From the human T2T-CHM13v2.0 reference genome, Homo sapiens: a DNA stretch of 64,000 bases. Shown piece by piece: positions 40,689 through 54,425 of the stretch; the stretch's first letter is position 1, and the number at the start of each line of letters is the position of its first letter. Location: assembly GCF_009914755.1 (NCBI RefSeq), contig NC_060928.1. The stretch is one strand, 5' to 3'. A model generated the notes under the pieces. That model made no database searches and was not told where the DNA came from. It saw nothing but the letters and a program-made list of their open reading frames with translations. A program made the position numbers and the translations under genes.

Positions 40689-40813
40689 TTTGCCCTTTGC
40701 CTTGACAGGCTCTACACTGCCCTGTGGAAGAGCTGCCTTGGGTGTAGGAATAAGGTTGAAGACCCTTCCTGGATTCTGAGAATTACCACAAACTTGCATT
40801 CCTGGAATACAGG

Positions 40814-41083
40814 TTTTTGTTTTTATTATTTATTTATTTATTTTTTCGAGAAGAAATCTCACTCTGTTGCCCAGGCTGGAGTGCAGTGCCGTGATCTCGG
40901 CTCACTGCAACCTCTGCCCCCCCGGGTTTAAGTGATTCTCCTGCCTCAGTCTCCTGAGTAGCTGGGACCACAGGCACACGCCACCATGCCCAGTTAAATT
41001 TTGTATTTTCAGTAGAGGCCCACCTCACTATGTTGGCCAGGCCGGTCTCGAACTCCTGACCTCGAGTGATCTGCCCACCTTGG
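40814..41083 (-). mobile_element. AluS, 5'-truncated
   Basis: ctcactctgttgcccaggctgg...ctgcccaccttgg. Confidence 0.9.
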
Positions 41084-42104
41084 TTTTTAATAGTTCTGTC
41101 TGGTATCTGTAATCAGAATGGGTTCTCTCCAAAGAAAGGCTGTACCATTGAGGGAAGGAACCTGAACTGAGAAGCAGTAGACAGGAATTCTTATTCTTTA
41201 TCTGGTGGTCATTAGCTCCAAATAAACTCTTTAACCTATCTTGGTCATTTTCCTCTGTGACCCCTAAGTTCTGATATTTTGTGATTTTGTGTTTATACCA
41301 GTGAAACCTTTGTGGTTATAGACTGTATGAAATACCAGTGACAATGAACACTGAGAATCCTGGAAGGTTGGGGAGAAGGAGCTGAGTGGGTGGGGCTCAT
41401 ATACTAATGGGTAACATGGGGCTGGCGTTCTATCCAGTGGATCAATCAAAAAGCAAAGGAACTGAGCTGGTGGCATAACAGGCAGCTGAGCCAAGATTCA
41501 ACGGACAATGGGGGGAGAATGCCAATTCAAGCAGCAGTCAAGCAATATTTATGACTAGATTTTCAAACTGTTAAAAGAGTCTGTGGTCAAGTAAGTTGAC
41601 CAGTGTTTACAATCTTCTATTTCAGTGGAAGGGTGGGGATTGTTGGAGAATGGGGCTTCTAAAAGATATTATTAGCATCTCACTACTTAGACAGCATCTG
41701 AACACATGAGTAAAGTAGAATATTGAAATTACCTAAATAATGAAATAAAAATCACTTTTATTTCAACCAGCTCAATATTTTATGAAAAATTTCTAGAGAT
41801 ATCCCAGTTCACTTTTTAACATTACCTCTAAACCCAAAAAATAAAATGAACTTTAATAAACACAGAGTCACAGGTCATGGCTGTCCATAAAACAGGACTA
41901 GAACGTGTTTATTCAGGGTTTTCAGGAAGTTTAGTTGATGGATTCAGTTGGAAGCACCACTAATTGTACCTTCTCAATTAACAAAATAACCACCAAATTA
42001 ACCAAACATTGTGGTTGTAAAGAAACACTATCAGAATAGTACCCTTATATTGTCTTAAGTATCATTTTCAAAATGTTAAAAGTATATAGGTGGGTGTGCA
42101 CCTC

Positions 42105-42820
42105 TTAGGATGGTTCTTATAAAACAACAACAACTACCAAAAAATAACAAGTGTTGCTGAGGATATGGAGAAATTGGAAATCTCATGCTTTGCTGGTGGG
42201 CCTGTAAAGTGGCACAGCTGCTGTGAAAGACAGTTTGGCAGTTTCTCAAAAAGTTAAACTTGAAACCGCTAAATAACTCAGCAGTTCTATTCCTGGGTAT
42301 ATACACAAAAGAATTTAAAGGAGAGACTTGAACAGAGATTTGTACATCCATGTTCATCGCAGCATCATTCACCATAGCCAAAATGTAGAAACAACCCAAA
42401 TGTCCATCATGGATGAATGGATAAACAAAACATGGTATGTACATGCAATGGGACATTGTTTAGCCTTACATAGGAAGGAAATTCTGACACATACTACAAT
42501 ATGGAAAAATCCTGAAGACATTATGTTAAGTGAAATAATCCAGTAATAAAATGAAAACATTATACAATTCCACTTATATCAAGTACCTAGTATAGTCAAA
42601 TTCACAGTGACAGAAAGTAGAATGGTGGTTACCAGCTGCTGATAGAAGAGAGGAATGGGAAGTTATTCTGAAATGGGTACAAACTTTCTGTTTGGTAAGG
42701 TGAAAACACTGGAAATAGATAGTGGTGATGGTTGTACAACAATATGAGTGGACTTAATGCCACTGAATGACACACTTAAAAATAGTGAAAATGGTAAATG
42801 TTATGAATATTAAACCACAA
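42105..42820 (+). mobile_element. L1MB 3' region
   Basis: aacaagtgttgctgaggatatggagaaattggaa...ggatgaatggataaac...gtggtgatggttgtacaac...cttaatgccactgaa. Confidence 0.85.
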
Positions 42821-42991
42821 TTTATTTGTGTATGTGCGTGTGCATGCATAGACAACACACACAAAATCCTGACCTTCCCTTTTTTCCAGATGTTTTCAGC
42901 AGATTTATTCATAATGGCCAAAAAAATGGAAACTGAATGTCCATTAACAGGGCAACTGATAAATAAATTGTAGTATACAATGAATATTAAT

Positions 42992-43165
42992 ATGGTAGGC
43001 AGAATTTTAAGATGACCTTCAAGGTTCCCAACCATTGATATACATGCCCTGAATAGTCCCCTCACCTTGAGTGTGGGCAGGATGTGAGGAAGTAATGGGA
43101 TGTCCCTCCTGTGATATCATTCCTATAATTAAGTTGTGTTATTTGGCCTAGGTGAGGGGATTTTT
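42992..43165 (+). mobile_element. MLT1E-like LTR 5' fragment
   Basis: tggtaggcagaattttaagatgacc...ccttgagtgtgggcagga. Confidence 0.65.
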
Positions 43166-43455
43166 TTTATTGAGGTAATTATATACCTACATATATATGT
43201 TTTTTGTATATATACATATTATATACATACATATATAGATTTTATATATAGATAAAATTTACCATCTTTACCATTTCTAAGTGTACAGTTCAATGGTAAT
43301 AAATAAATTTATATTCTTTTTTCTCCTTCCTCCCTCCGCTTCCCCCTTCTTGGCCTCTGGTAACTACCAATCTATTCTCTGTCTTCATGAGATCCACTTT
43401 TTTCACTTCCACATATGAATGAGGACATGCAATATTTGTCTTTCTGTGCTTCGAC
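43166..43455 (-). mobile_element. L1MA 3' end fragment
   Basis: cctctggtaactaccaatctattctct...gagatccactttt...gcaatatttgtctttctgtgc. Confidence 0.8.
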
Positions 43456-45645
43456 CTTACCTTTGTGCACATCGGGCAAGTGGTTCGTCTTCCCAGGTAT
43501 GAAGGGAGTGTCATTTCCTTTTCTCCAAAACTTCCTTTCAAACAGAGAGGATAATTACCAGCAATAAAGGATACTTGGCACAAATTTGGAACCAAATCCC
43601 CTTCCCCTTGGTTTAAAGACCATTTGTGTACAAAATGGCCAGTCTGAAGTTGGGGATACAGGTTAAAAAGAAGAAGAAGAAAAATCCTGTGCAACTTCAG
43701 AGAGCTTACACTCGTGGCCAAATGGAACAAGTTTCTTTTTTATTTGGTACATAAATTTGTCCTAAGCAATGCACTCAAAGGGAAAATTCCCAAACAGCAG
43801 TGCTGGGTCTACAGTCATTTGTCAAATTAATCATGATATATTTTCTTGCCTTGAATAGTGTCGGCTGGAATATGTTACATTCCATTCTAGGAAGGGAATC
43901 CAAGTGAAGAATTCCTAACCAACAATTTTTCAGTCTACAGAAAGAGTGAGAGTCCAAGTCCTTTCATTACTGTTCACAACACTTTTTCCATGGTCTTTCA
44001 GTTGGGAAGATACAGTCAAATGGCAGAATTAGGATTGAAACCTCATACAGAGTTATGAAACCAACACAGTGTTAGTGTTAAGGGAGACCAGGATTCCAAT
44101 TAGAGGCAATGCTGGGTTTGGTACAAGATAACCACTTAGGGAAAATGGAAAAATAATGTCAGGCCTGATAAATATCTGACAAAAACTTAAAGAAAGAGTC
44201 CAAATGCTTAACTCAGTCTTTTTTCTGATACTGCATCTGAAGTATGTGGATCATCTGATAATGACATTTCAGCATTCAGCCATATAATAGTTGACAAAGT
44301 AATGTACTTCACACTGAAAGCTGTAAAACTATAGTGAATTATAAAATTAGATATCAATTTGAATACTACACAATTTTTAAAATGTAAAATTTTGTAATAC
44401 GGAAATGTTATGTTCATTTACTTCATTTGAAGTATGTCAATATTCTATTTGACTCAGCAAACATAATCTAGTCACCTTGCTCATGAGTGTCCACAGGAAA
44501 AAAATAAATTTGGCTATCAACTAATTTCTCTAGTTTCTGAATGTTATTAGTTATGAGTTTTTTCTCCTCCTCTTCCAAATTTGGACCTAATATTAGGACA
44601 AGGGACATATATATCTCTACATAAAAAGCAGAGGGCTGGAAATTTTCTGATCATCTGGATTTTAAAAAACATTCCCCATGGAATGTACAACCAATTGAAG
44701 CAATATTTTTAAAGAAAATACATTTTTCTTAATGTATCATGTTAATTCCCTCTATTCTTGTCTTGTTTGAATGTGAGTAAGCAGTCCATTGGAAAAAAAA
44801 AAGATATTTTCCTGTTGTAGTAAAGAATCATATCATCTAGCTTTTTGGGATTGGTGTAGAATCCAGACATCCTTTATACTATGTAATATGATGACTAGAA
44901 TTTAACCTAAGTGATTAGCCAATGCACTAGATTAAAAGTGAATGAATCCACTCAAGAGACAGGCAAGCACACAGGCAAAGCAGTCATCCTTAGCATCTAA
45001 CTCTTACCTTTTAGGTTCATGTGAGCATGGGGAGAGTAGACAAGACTGAACATGAGGACAAAAATTGCTAGTCACCTGAGGCCAGATTTTTGTCTTGGAT
45101 TGTTTTGGGAGAACTTTGCCAACAACTTAGAAAAAAATGATTAACTTGGACATTCACCTATAATTCTTAGAACCCCTCCCGCTGGTGCAAAATATTAGCA
45201 TAGGACACTCTTGTTAAAATGGTCCTTTGAGGTTTAGTATCTCTAGGCTAACTGAATCTGCCTCAATCTCATTTCATCTGAATTATAAAAGCCACATGTG
45301 TTCTGATGTCCCAATTATGTTGTCACATAGAGTCATGCAAGCTAGCAAGCTTTGGGATTAGTAGAGGAGAACATTTTGAAATAATCTAAAAAAACAAACA
45401 AACCATGCTTTTTAATTACAAGAGGATGGGGAATGAGATTTTCCCCAAGTGGAAATTGCACCCAAATGGAAGGAAGGCTTTACAAAAACAGAATTATTGA
45501 AAAATATCAGTAAAATAATGTCTAGGTGTTAAGTCAAATAGTGACTCCGTATATATTTTAGCCCAATTAAGCCCATAAAAGTTGCCAATTTATCCATTCA
45601 TTGATGAAAACCTTTGCTGAATGTTCACTATATACGAAGCATATA

Positions 45646-46026
45646 CAGTCATGTGCCACATAACAATGTTTCCATCAACGATGGACCACATATACAACGG
45701 TGGTCCCATAAGATTATACTGCTGTATTTTTACTGTATCTTTTCTATGTTTAGATATGTTTAGATACACAAATAGTTACCACTGTGTAACAATTGCTACA
45801 GTACTCAGTGCAGTAACATGCTGTCCAGGTTTGTAGCCTAGGAGCTACAGGCTATACTATATAGCCTAGGTATATTGTAGCCTAGGCTACACTATATGGC
45901 CTTGGTGGTACAGTGAACTATACCACCCTAGGTTTGTGTAAGTACACTCTGTGATCACACAATAACAAAATAGCCTAATGACAGATTTCTTGGAACATAT
46001 TCCAGTTGTTAAGTGACACATGGCTG
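45646..46026 (+). mobile_element. Tigger3a (GOLEM/MER7A), full length
   Basis: ta|cagtcatgtgccacataac...ttaagtgacacatggctg|ta; terminal inverted repeats and TA TSD. Confidence 0.88.
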
Positions 46027-47199
46027 TAGATAAGTATTGAATAACACCCATGTGTAAGGGAAATGAAGAAAGAGCACCCTCTGGCCCTTTGAGGAGTGTC
46101 ATTCTCAGAGATGACCCACATCAGACATGGATGGCTGCCTGTACCAGGCTAGGCTCTCTACCCTATTTTCTCACAAGGAGGAGAGTGATTTAGAATGTCC
46201 TGGAAGTATTTCATTGTTCTATCATGTTTGCAATTGATCAGCATTAGAAAGAAATTTTGCACCATGGAGAGTCAAGCATACTAATGACACAATGTGTACT
46301 TATAAGTAAACTCATCCCTACTTTGAAACCCATCAATGAAAGCAAACTTTTGGCCCCTGGGAGACACAGTGACATTACAGTTTGAAAACCTATTCCAACA
46401 AAGACCATCAAATCAAGGACTGAGTCTTATCCACCTTTGTACTTGCGGCACGGTGCTTTGCTCAGAGTAAGTGCTCAGAAAGTCTTGTTTTATCTAGAGT
46501 GAAAGAGGTAGGCTTCTGCACAGCGACATACATAGTATGCTCAAAAGTAGCCTGAGTAGAGGCTCTGAAGTGTCCCCAGTGCAGTGATCCAAGTAACTTA
46601 AGGTTAATTTTGCCACCCTGTGTAAACACAGACTGCCTGAGGCCTCTTCATTTCATTTAGTTTGAAAGTCACACAAGACAGGGTTCAGAATTTAAAAATT
46701 GGTTACTCTCTTGGATATTGGTGATGGGCCATGAAAAATAAATTAGTTCCTTTAAGGAGTATTTTTAAAACTCAGGAATTGCTTAGAGAAAAAAGAGGGG
46801 CAAAGCAATTTTTCCCAATACATTTTTCTGTAATCAATTAAATCTTTTTAGGATTTGGATAATATAACAGACTCAGAATTTTGTCATAAAAAATAAAATT
46901 GCCAAGATAATAATATAAAATAAATGTAGAATATTTAATTTTTATGAATTTTCTTTTTAATAAAAAATTGACAAATTATCCCTCAACAATCTTCCAACTA
47001 TTTAATGTATTAAAATGATATATGCTATTTAAAAATTATTAGGCATTCATTAAATTGGCAAGATTTTAGATTTCATGTATTCAAGATTTTGCTTTGGTAA
47101 GAAGCAAATTCTATAAACTCCCTATTGGAATCACGTATTTTGGGAATTAGATATTTTTCAATGTGAGCTGCTGTTTTCTTCTAACTGCAGGGAAAATGC

Positions 47200-47620
47200 T
47201 GTCTAAAAGAAAATAATAAATTTGTATCTGCTGAGTTCTCTTAGCATAAGGCACCAACAAAACAACCTTCAGGAAGGGAGAAGAAACCATCCTCCCACTC
47301 ATCCTTCAGAGGATTTAGATAAAGTGAAGGGAAGAATCGTTCTCCAGCTCCTTCGGAATTTACGCCGGCATCAGGGCAGGCTTGTTACTGCTGGATCCAT
47401 TGTCTGCTCAAGGTTACTTATTCCACTAAGACGTACATCCTACCACGGACCACGGCTTTGTAGCTAGCCAGGCTCTGAGTGTGTGTGTAGATGAACCATT
47501 TCTCTCTCCAGTAAATGAATGACAGTCTTTCTAGGGCTCTTGTCTTCTGCTGGGAGGCAGAGCATCTCTAGCCCAGGAAGAATGCCCAGACAGAGTCAGG
47601 GGGAATGGGGACACGAGATA
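47200..47620. promoter_or_regulatory. Candidate enhancer (unique, CpG-retaining, with ETS/GATA/RUNX-like motifs)
   Basis: 7 CpGs in 47337-47460; tandem accacgg, agataa, caggaag x2. Motifs only. Confidence 0.35.
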
Positions 47621-49185
47621 GAGTTCATATTTGTGATCTGTCCCCTTCGTTTCTCTTTTTTCTCTCTCTCCCTCTTTCTTTTTTTTTTTTTTTTTGCATG
47701 GGTGGTGGTCGGGATGTGTTGTTTTTGTTGTTGTTGTTGTTTAAGATATCATTGGTAAGCATCTCAATATGTGTTTACCAGATAGTATAAACTATTATAA
47801 GAACAGAAGATAACAAGACTTTTAATTGGTACAGAAACCTATATTGGGCATCTATTTTGTGCAACCCACCATGCAGGTCATACGAGAGATGCAAGACAAT
47901 GAGACATAATCCCTCCTTTGTGGAGCTTACAGTCTAAGTGACTGAGACCGGCTCACAGGTAACTGAGTGTTTCAGTCATACTGACGTGTCAGGCAGTCTT
48001 TGGTTGCTGAGTACATGGTTATAAAGACTGTGAAGAAACAAATTACCATTCCACCAAAGCAAATCAAATAACGAAGACCCAAATTGGATCACTTCTCATT
48101 TTCTATTTTTAAATGTACTTCATAAAGACATTTACTTACTAAAATCAGTTTTTGTCTTATACAACATTAAAGTAACCATATGACCCTTTTAATATAGTTC
48201 AAGGAAATTATCTGAATTAAGTAACTTGATTTGTTATTTTTCACCATTGTGGGAATTTTTAGAAGCACCATCATTCTAACTAATAGCCATAAAATACAAG
48301 TTTATTTAATAGTTTCTTCAAGTTACATATGTTCGTAGTTTAGTGACAAAAGGTAAATAAAATTAATAAACTTCATAAAAATCAGTGGACTCTGGAAAAC
48401 ATTTTAAAAATTCCTCTGTGAGCAACAGACTTTCAACACATTTTCCCCCAAAGATCAAAGGGCATGAATTAAAATGAAATAAGGAAAGTCTGCTAATTTT
48501 TAACCTTTAAAGATTAAGTATTTAGGAAGAGATAGAAACTGAAAATGCCATATGCTTTTTGAAAATTAAAAGAAACATGGAAACCCTGTTCACATGATAA
48601 AATTATGACTGTGCACAAAGAATTTTTAGAAGTCATTACTCCTGGATACTAAGATTAGAAATACTTATATACTAAGTAGAGTCATAGTCAGAAAAAAGAA
48701 ACCATCTGATTGATTTATGAGAATCAATTCAAATAGTCCTTTGAAGTATTAGAATCATTCTGTATAATGGCAAGCACATGGTAGGGTAGTTTCCTAATAA
48801 ATACTGGGTACAGTTGGGAGAAAACAATGCAGTTTTGGACTAGAGAACCAAAACCTTCTGGAATTTTCTAGGCTTTTTCATTATGGCCAAGCCGCCACTG
48901 GGCCTGACCGCTGGCATTATTGGTATCCTAACTTTGGCTTTTTATTAAATAAAAATAAGAAATATTTCTACAAAGGATCACCCCATCCTGGAGGCAGCCC
49001 ATAGTACAGAAATTGGAATAATCTTGTCTTAAGTTTCTACCAACCTCGTCCATCCTGCTACACACACCATTTTATACTCCAATGAGTATTTAATTCAACA
49101 AAAAATAAAAATTAAAAAATGGCCATTTCAGAGTGAAAAAAAAAATGTTCAGGCAAACCAGTTTTTGGATTGACTTGCCTGGTAA

Positions 49186-49574
<389 letters not shown>

Positions 49575-49920
49575 TGAAAGCAAGAACCATACTGACTTCT
49601 TAACACTTGGGTGCCTTCTTTTTCTTACCATTTCTTCCTTAATTGAGGCACAAATCTTTTAGCTGTTATGCAGTGAATATATCATGGAAGAATTTTTCTT
49701 TTAAAAAGGAAAACAAAGAAAAATAAAATTCAATGTCTAAAATATGGCCATGGAGTAAACTAATAATATGCAAGGTGTGTTTACATGTAGTCTACCTTTA
49801 TCATTTATGATTTTCTTTACCAGTTTTATCTCCAGTATATAACTTTACAAGCATTATTTTTACGTGAAGCTGTGATACTTCGTGGATGAACTTGACAAAA
49901 TTAGATTTTCTTTTGCCAAG

Positions 49921-50432
49921 TGTATTAGGGTTCTCCAGAGAGACAGAACTAATAAAGTATAGGAAGGGATTTATCATAAGAAATTTGCTCATGTGATTGT
50001 GGAGTCTGAGAAGTCCCCAGATCTGCAGTCAGAAAGCTGGAGACCTGGGAGAGCTGATGGTGTAGTTGTAGTCTCAGTCCAAAGGCCTGGGAACCAGAAG
50101 AGCCAATGATACAGTTCCAGTCTAAAAGCTGGCTGACCCAAGGCTCAAGAAGAGCTGATGTTTTAGTGTGAGTCTAAAGGCAGGAAAATCCGATGTCCCA
50201 GCTCAAAGGCAGACAGGCAGGAGGAATTACCTCTTACTTGAGGGAGGGTTTGGGTCTTTTATTCTAGCCAGTTGATTGGATGAAGTGCACCCACATTAGG
50301 CAGGGAAATCTTTTTTGCTGAGAATGTTAATCTCACCCAAAAACACACTCACAGACACACCCAGGGTAATGTTTGACCAAATGACTGGGCACCCTGTGGA
50401 GCAGTCAAGTTGACACAGAATTACCCAACACA
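49921..50432 (-). mobile_element. MLT2B ERVL LTR
   Basis: tgtattagggttctccagagagacagaac...gtcaagttgacaca. Confidence 0.85.
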
Positions 50433-51451
50433 GCAGGTGAGATTCAATCACATGATTCAGTAATTTTAATAATTATATGATTAAATGCTAATAAATTTAC
50501 ATGCAAAGAATTTTGCCTATATTATAAGCTCAAGTATTTGGCCATAGAACATTTAAAGACATGCTTAGCCAATTTAAGGAAAAATTAGTTAGCCATTGCA
50601 ACATTATCTTCAAAGCTATTGTTGGAATAAAAACTATCCTAAAAAAGTAGCCCCCACTTAATGTGTTGATTAATTCATCTATCTAGCCATGAATGTGTTC
50701 CACAAACTTTAGTTGAGTATCTACTATATGCTAGGCACTGTGCCAGGCATATGGCACACAGATACCAAAGAAAATAAACCTGGTTTCTGCCAGCTAGGAA
50801 CTCTGTCTGGCAAGGTGGGACAGCCAAATAAATAAATTAGGAGGAAAGTGTTAATGGTAGGCTGGCCTGACCACACATCGTATTAGCCTAGAGCAGTCCT
50901 CTTTTCTATCTCTTTTCTCAATCTACGAATAGCTCTCTATCATTTGCAAACATACCCTAAGTTGGGCAATAAATTTTGCAGCCACCTGGGTGTAGGCGAT
51001 GTGAGAGAAGTTTCTCTAAGATACAGTAGGAGTGCCCATGGAGGGAACAGATGATCTAGCTGTTGGAGGGTGGGAGAAGGAGAGCCCTCAATCCTGGGAT
51101 TAATCCTGAAAAATGAGAGTGGTGTTTAAGATGCAGAGAGAAAAGGAAAGGAGCTTTGTGAAAGAAGGGAACTCTGTGCATAAGGAAAAAGAGGCAGGGC
51201 TCAGTCGTAGGTGCAGGACAATTGTAAATATGCAGACCTGGCTAGGGCAGTGGGGTCTGAGGGGCTTGGGAGGCAATAAGGCCGTGGGGGGTTGCAGCCA
51301 CCACATCCCAGAGGCCTCACTCTGTTGTGCTAAAGAGCTTGAATACATCCCGATGGCGGTTATATGACACAGTGGCAGTCATGGCAGATAATGGTTTGGT
51401 TAGATTTGTGATCTAGAACAACAAACACATCTGGTAAAAGTTGACTTCCTG

Positions 51452-51737
51452 GGCTGGACATGGTGGCTCACGCCTGTAATCCCAGCATTTTGGGAGGCTG
51501 AGGTGGGTGGATGACCTGAGGTCAGGAGTTTGAGACCAGGCTGGCCAACATGGTGAAACCCCATCTCTACTAAAAATACAAAACTTAGCCAGGTGTGGTG
51601 GTGCTTGTCTGTAATCCCGGCTACTCAGGAGGCTGAGGCAAGGGAATCCAGGAGGCAGAGGTTGCAGTGAGCCAAGATCATGCCACTGCACTCCAGCCTG
51701 GGTGACATAGCGAGTTTCCATCTCAAGAAAAAAAAAA
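51452..51737 (+). mobile_element. AluS (small internal deletion)
   Basis: ggctggacatggtggctcacgcc...catctcaag(A)n. Confidence 0.93.
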
Positions 51738-52430
51738 GTTTAAAATTCAATTATTACATATTTTATCTTAGACTATTGACTAACTTCACATTCGTGCAAT
51801 ACAGAAATGGGGGAGGTAGCATAATAGCCAATTTTTCCAATTGATGGGAATACATCCTTTGCTTTTGTATATTTTTGTGAGAAAATTATTTCAATTTAAG
51901 CATTATGTAATTAGTGACCACTTTTCAGGAATTGAACCACTCTGTAAATCCAGATTTGTGGATGGGGAGACAGAACATCAGAAAGTTATGAAAATAAAAC
52001 TTGAAAAGGTAATATAAAATTTAAATGAAGTGGGAAAAAGAGTGAGAAATTCTTTACACTTTCAGAAATTTGATTCCTTCAAATTATATGTGAGTTTTTG
52101 TGATTATTTACTGATCACTGCCTACAATTACACTGTTTTTAAGGGATGACACTTGGCAACCATTTAACTGAACTTCACTTTCCCATTGGAGGTGTCGGAT
52201 GTCATGAGAAGTTAAGAGACTAGGCAAGTCATAGTCAGAGACATCCCTAGACCAGTGTAACATTTCCCAGGAAAGACACAAGAGTTGTATTTATCATTAC
52301 ATTCATTTCCTTAATATAGCTCATATCCTTTTTTGAAGGATATGTTGTAAGCCTGAGGTCCTTTTAGAAAATCTCAATTTGTCTGACAAGAAAATAAAGA
52401 TCACAAAAACCCTTAGTTTCTCAACAAGAA

Positions 52431-52652
52431 AGTAAATAAGATGAAAAATCCTTGTGTGGTGAGTTAATATTTTGAAATCTCTCTCTCTCTTTTCCTCTGT
52501 ATTCTCTCTCACCCCCTCATGTCTCCTCCATTCAATTAAACTAGTAAATAAGATGAAAAATCCATGTGTGGTGAGTTAATATTTTGAAATCTCTCTCTCT
52601 TTTCCTCTGTATTCTCTCTCTCCCCTTCATGTCTCATCCATTCAATTAAACT
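52431..52652 (+). repeat. Tandem duplication, 112 + 110 bp
   Basis: agtaaataagatgaaaaatcc...ttcaattaaact twice (52431-52542, 52543-52652). Confidence 0.95.
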
Positions 52653-52778
52653 ATATCATCTTCTGCTTATTGAACCAAGAAAGGAATGTGACAGAAAGAG
52701 AAAAAAAAGAGCCTCTACTAGGATTTTGAGTTTACAGAGACAAGGCCTTGGGGAAGCAGCAAGGATTCATGGCATAGA

Positions 52779-52998
52779 CCAGGGGTTCTAACCAGGCAGC
52801 TTGTTTCCACCCCTTAGGGGACATTTGGAGTTGTGTTGTGTGGGATTGGGGAGATGTTTGTCACAATAACTGGGAAATATCCCATTATCTACAAGTAGTA
52901 GATGGGGCCAAGGATGCTAAACATTCTGCAAGGAGTGGACAGTCCTACATACCAAAGAAGGGCTGACCCCAAGTGTCAAGAGCACCCCTGTTAAAACT
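52779..52998 (+). mobile_element. MER20-like hAT element
   Basis: caggggttctaacc...ggggacatttgg...ggccaaggatgctaaacattctgca...aagtgtcaagagc. Confidence 0.65.
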
Positions 52999-53009
52999 TA
53001 CTGGAAGGC

Positions 53010-53680
53010 AAAGATATAGAAAAATTGGAACCCTTGTACATTGCTGGTGGGAATGTAAATGGTGCAGCACTGTGAAAAAGAGTTTAGCAATTAAACAGAG
53101 AATTACCATATGATCCAGCAATTCCCCTTTTGGGTATAATCCTTTTGCATCCAAAAGGATTAAAAGCAGAGATTTAAGCAGATATCTATACACCAATGTT
53201 CATGGCAGCATCATTCACAATAGTCAAAAAAGGTGGAAACAAGCCAAGTGTCAATCATTGGATGAAAGGATAAAGAAAACATGGTGTATACATACAACAG
53301 AATATTATTCAGACTTAAATAGGAAGGAAATCTGACATGTGCTTCAACATGATAAATTTTGAAGATAGTATGTTAGTGAAATAAGCCAGTAATAAAAAGA
53401 CAAATATGTAACTCCACTTATAGGAATAGAAAGTATCTAGAATAGTCAAATTCATAGAGACAGAAAGTAGAAGGGTGGTTGCCAGGGCCTGAGGCAGTTA
53501 GTGATGAATGGATATAGAATTTCAGTTTGGAAAGATGAAAAAATTCTGGAAGCAGAAGGTGGTGATGGTTGCATAACAATGTGAATGTACTTAATGCCAT
53601 GAACTATATACATTTTAAAATGGTTAAAATGGTAAATTTTATATTATATATATTTTATCACAGTTTAAAAATAAAAAATG
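53010..53680 (+). mobile_element. L1MB 3' region
   Basis: aaattggaacccttgtacattgctggtgggaatgtaaa...tagtcaaattcatagagacagaaagtaga...aaaatggtaaatttt. Confidence 0.85.
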
Positions 53681-53908
53681 CCACTCACTCAAGGAGAGGA
53701 GCTGACGTTGAAAGCAATTCTGTTTTGCCCTTGGTACCAAAATTGAAGAAGGCTGGGGGAAGAAGCATGGTGGGCAAGCATGAGAGGCAGATAGTGTGGG
53801 CTCCTGGGCAAGGGCCTGCACCCTGCTCTTGGGGAATGGGCAGAAACCTTGACAGATTTAAGACAAAGGAAACTTGGACCTCATTTCCTAGGTAAATCTC
53901 TGAGGGGG

Positions 53909-53956
<48 letters not shown>
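53909..53956. repeat. (A)n(TA)n microsatellite
   Basis: Direct reading. Confidence 0.9.
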
Positions 53957-53958
<2 letters not shown>

Positions 53959-54256
53959 GAATTGAAGGGTAGGCAGATGGAAATAAAGGCCTCATAAGGA
54001 TTGAATTTGTGACCACAGACAACCCAGGTTGATTCGCAAGTCAGTGTGCACTGAGTAGAGACAACCTACAGAACCACACGAGCCCACCCAATGCCTTGGT
54101 TCTGTGTGAGCCACCCCAGAATTCACAGGTAACAGCATATGGACAGGGAAAGTTCCTGAACTGGCTGCATAAGGGCTTGAAATAGAATTTTAATTGCATC
54201 ATAAAGTTAAATTTCTTGCATACTGAATCTCCAGCCTGATATAAGAAGCCATCACA

Positions 54257-54425
54257 GCTGGGCATGGTGGCCTGTAGTCCTAGTTACTCAGGAGGCTGAG
54301 ATAGGAGGATCACTTGAGCCAATGAGGTTGAGGCTGCAGTGAGCTATGATTGCACCACAGCACTCCAGCCTGGGTGACAGGGCAAGATCCCATCTCTAAA
54401 AAAGAAAAAAATAATAAAAAATTAA
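54257..54425 (+). mobile_element. FRAM / AluJ right monomer
   Basis: Single monomer; TSD aagaagcca. Confidence 0.85.

Noticed and set aside
43290-43730. 146-aa minus-strand ORF
   Set aside because: Non-ATG start, C-terminal part derived from the L1MA 3'UTR, no domain.
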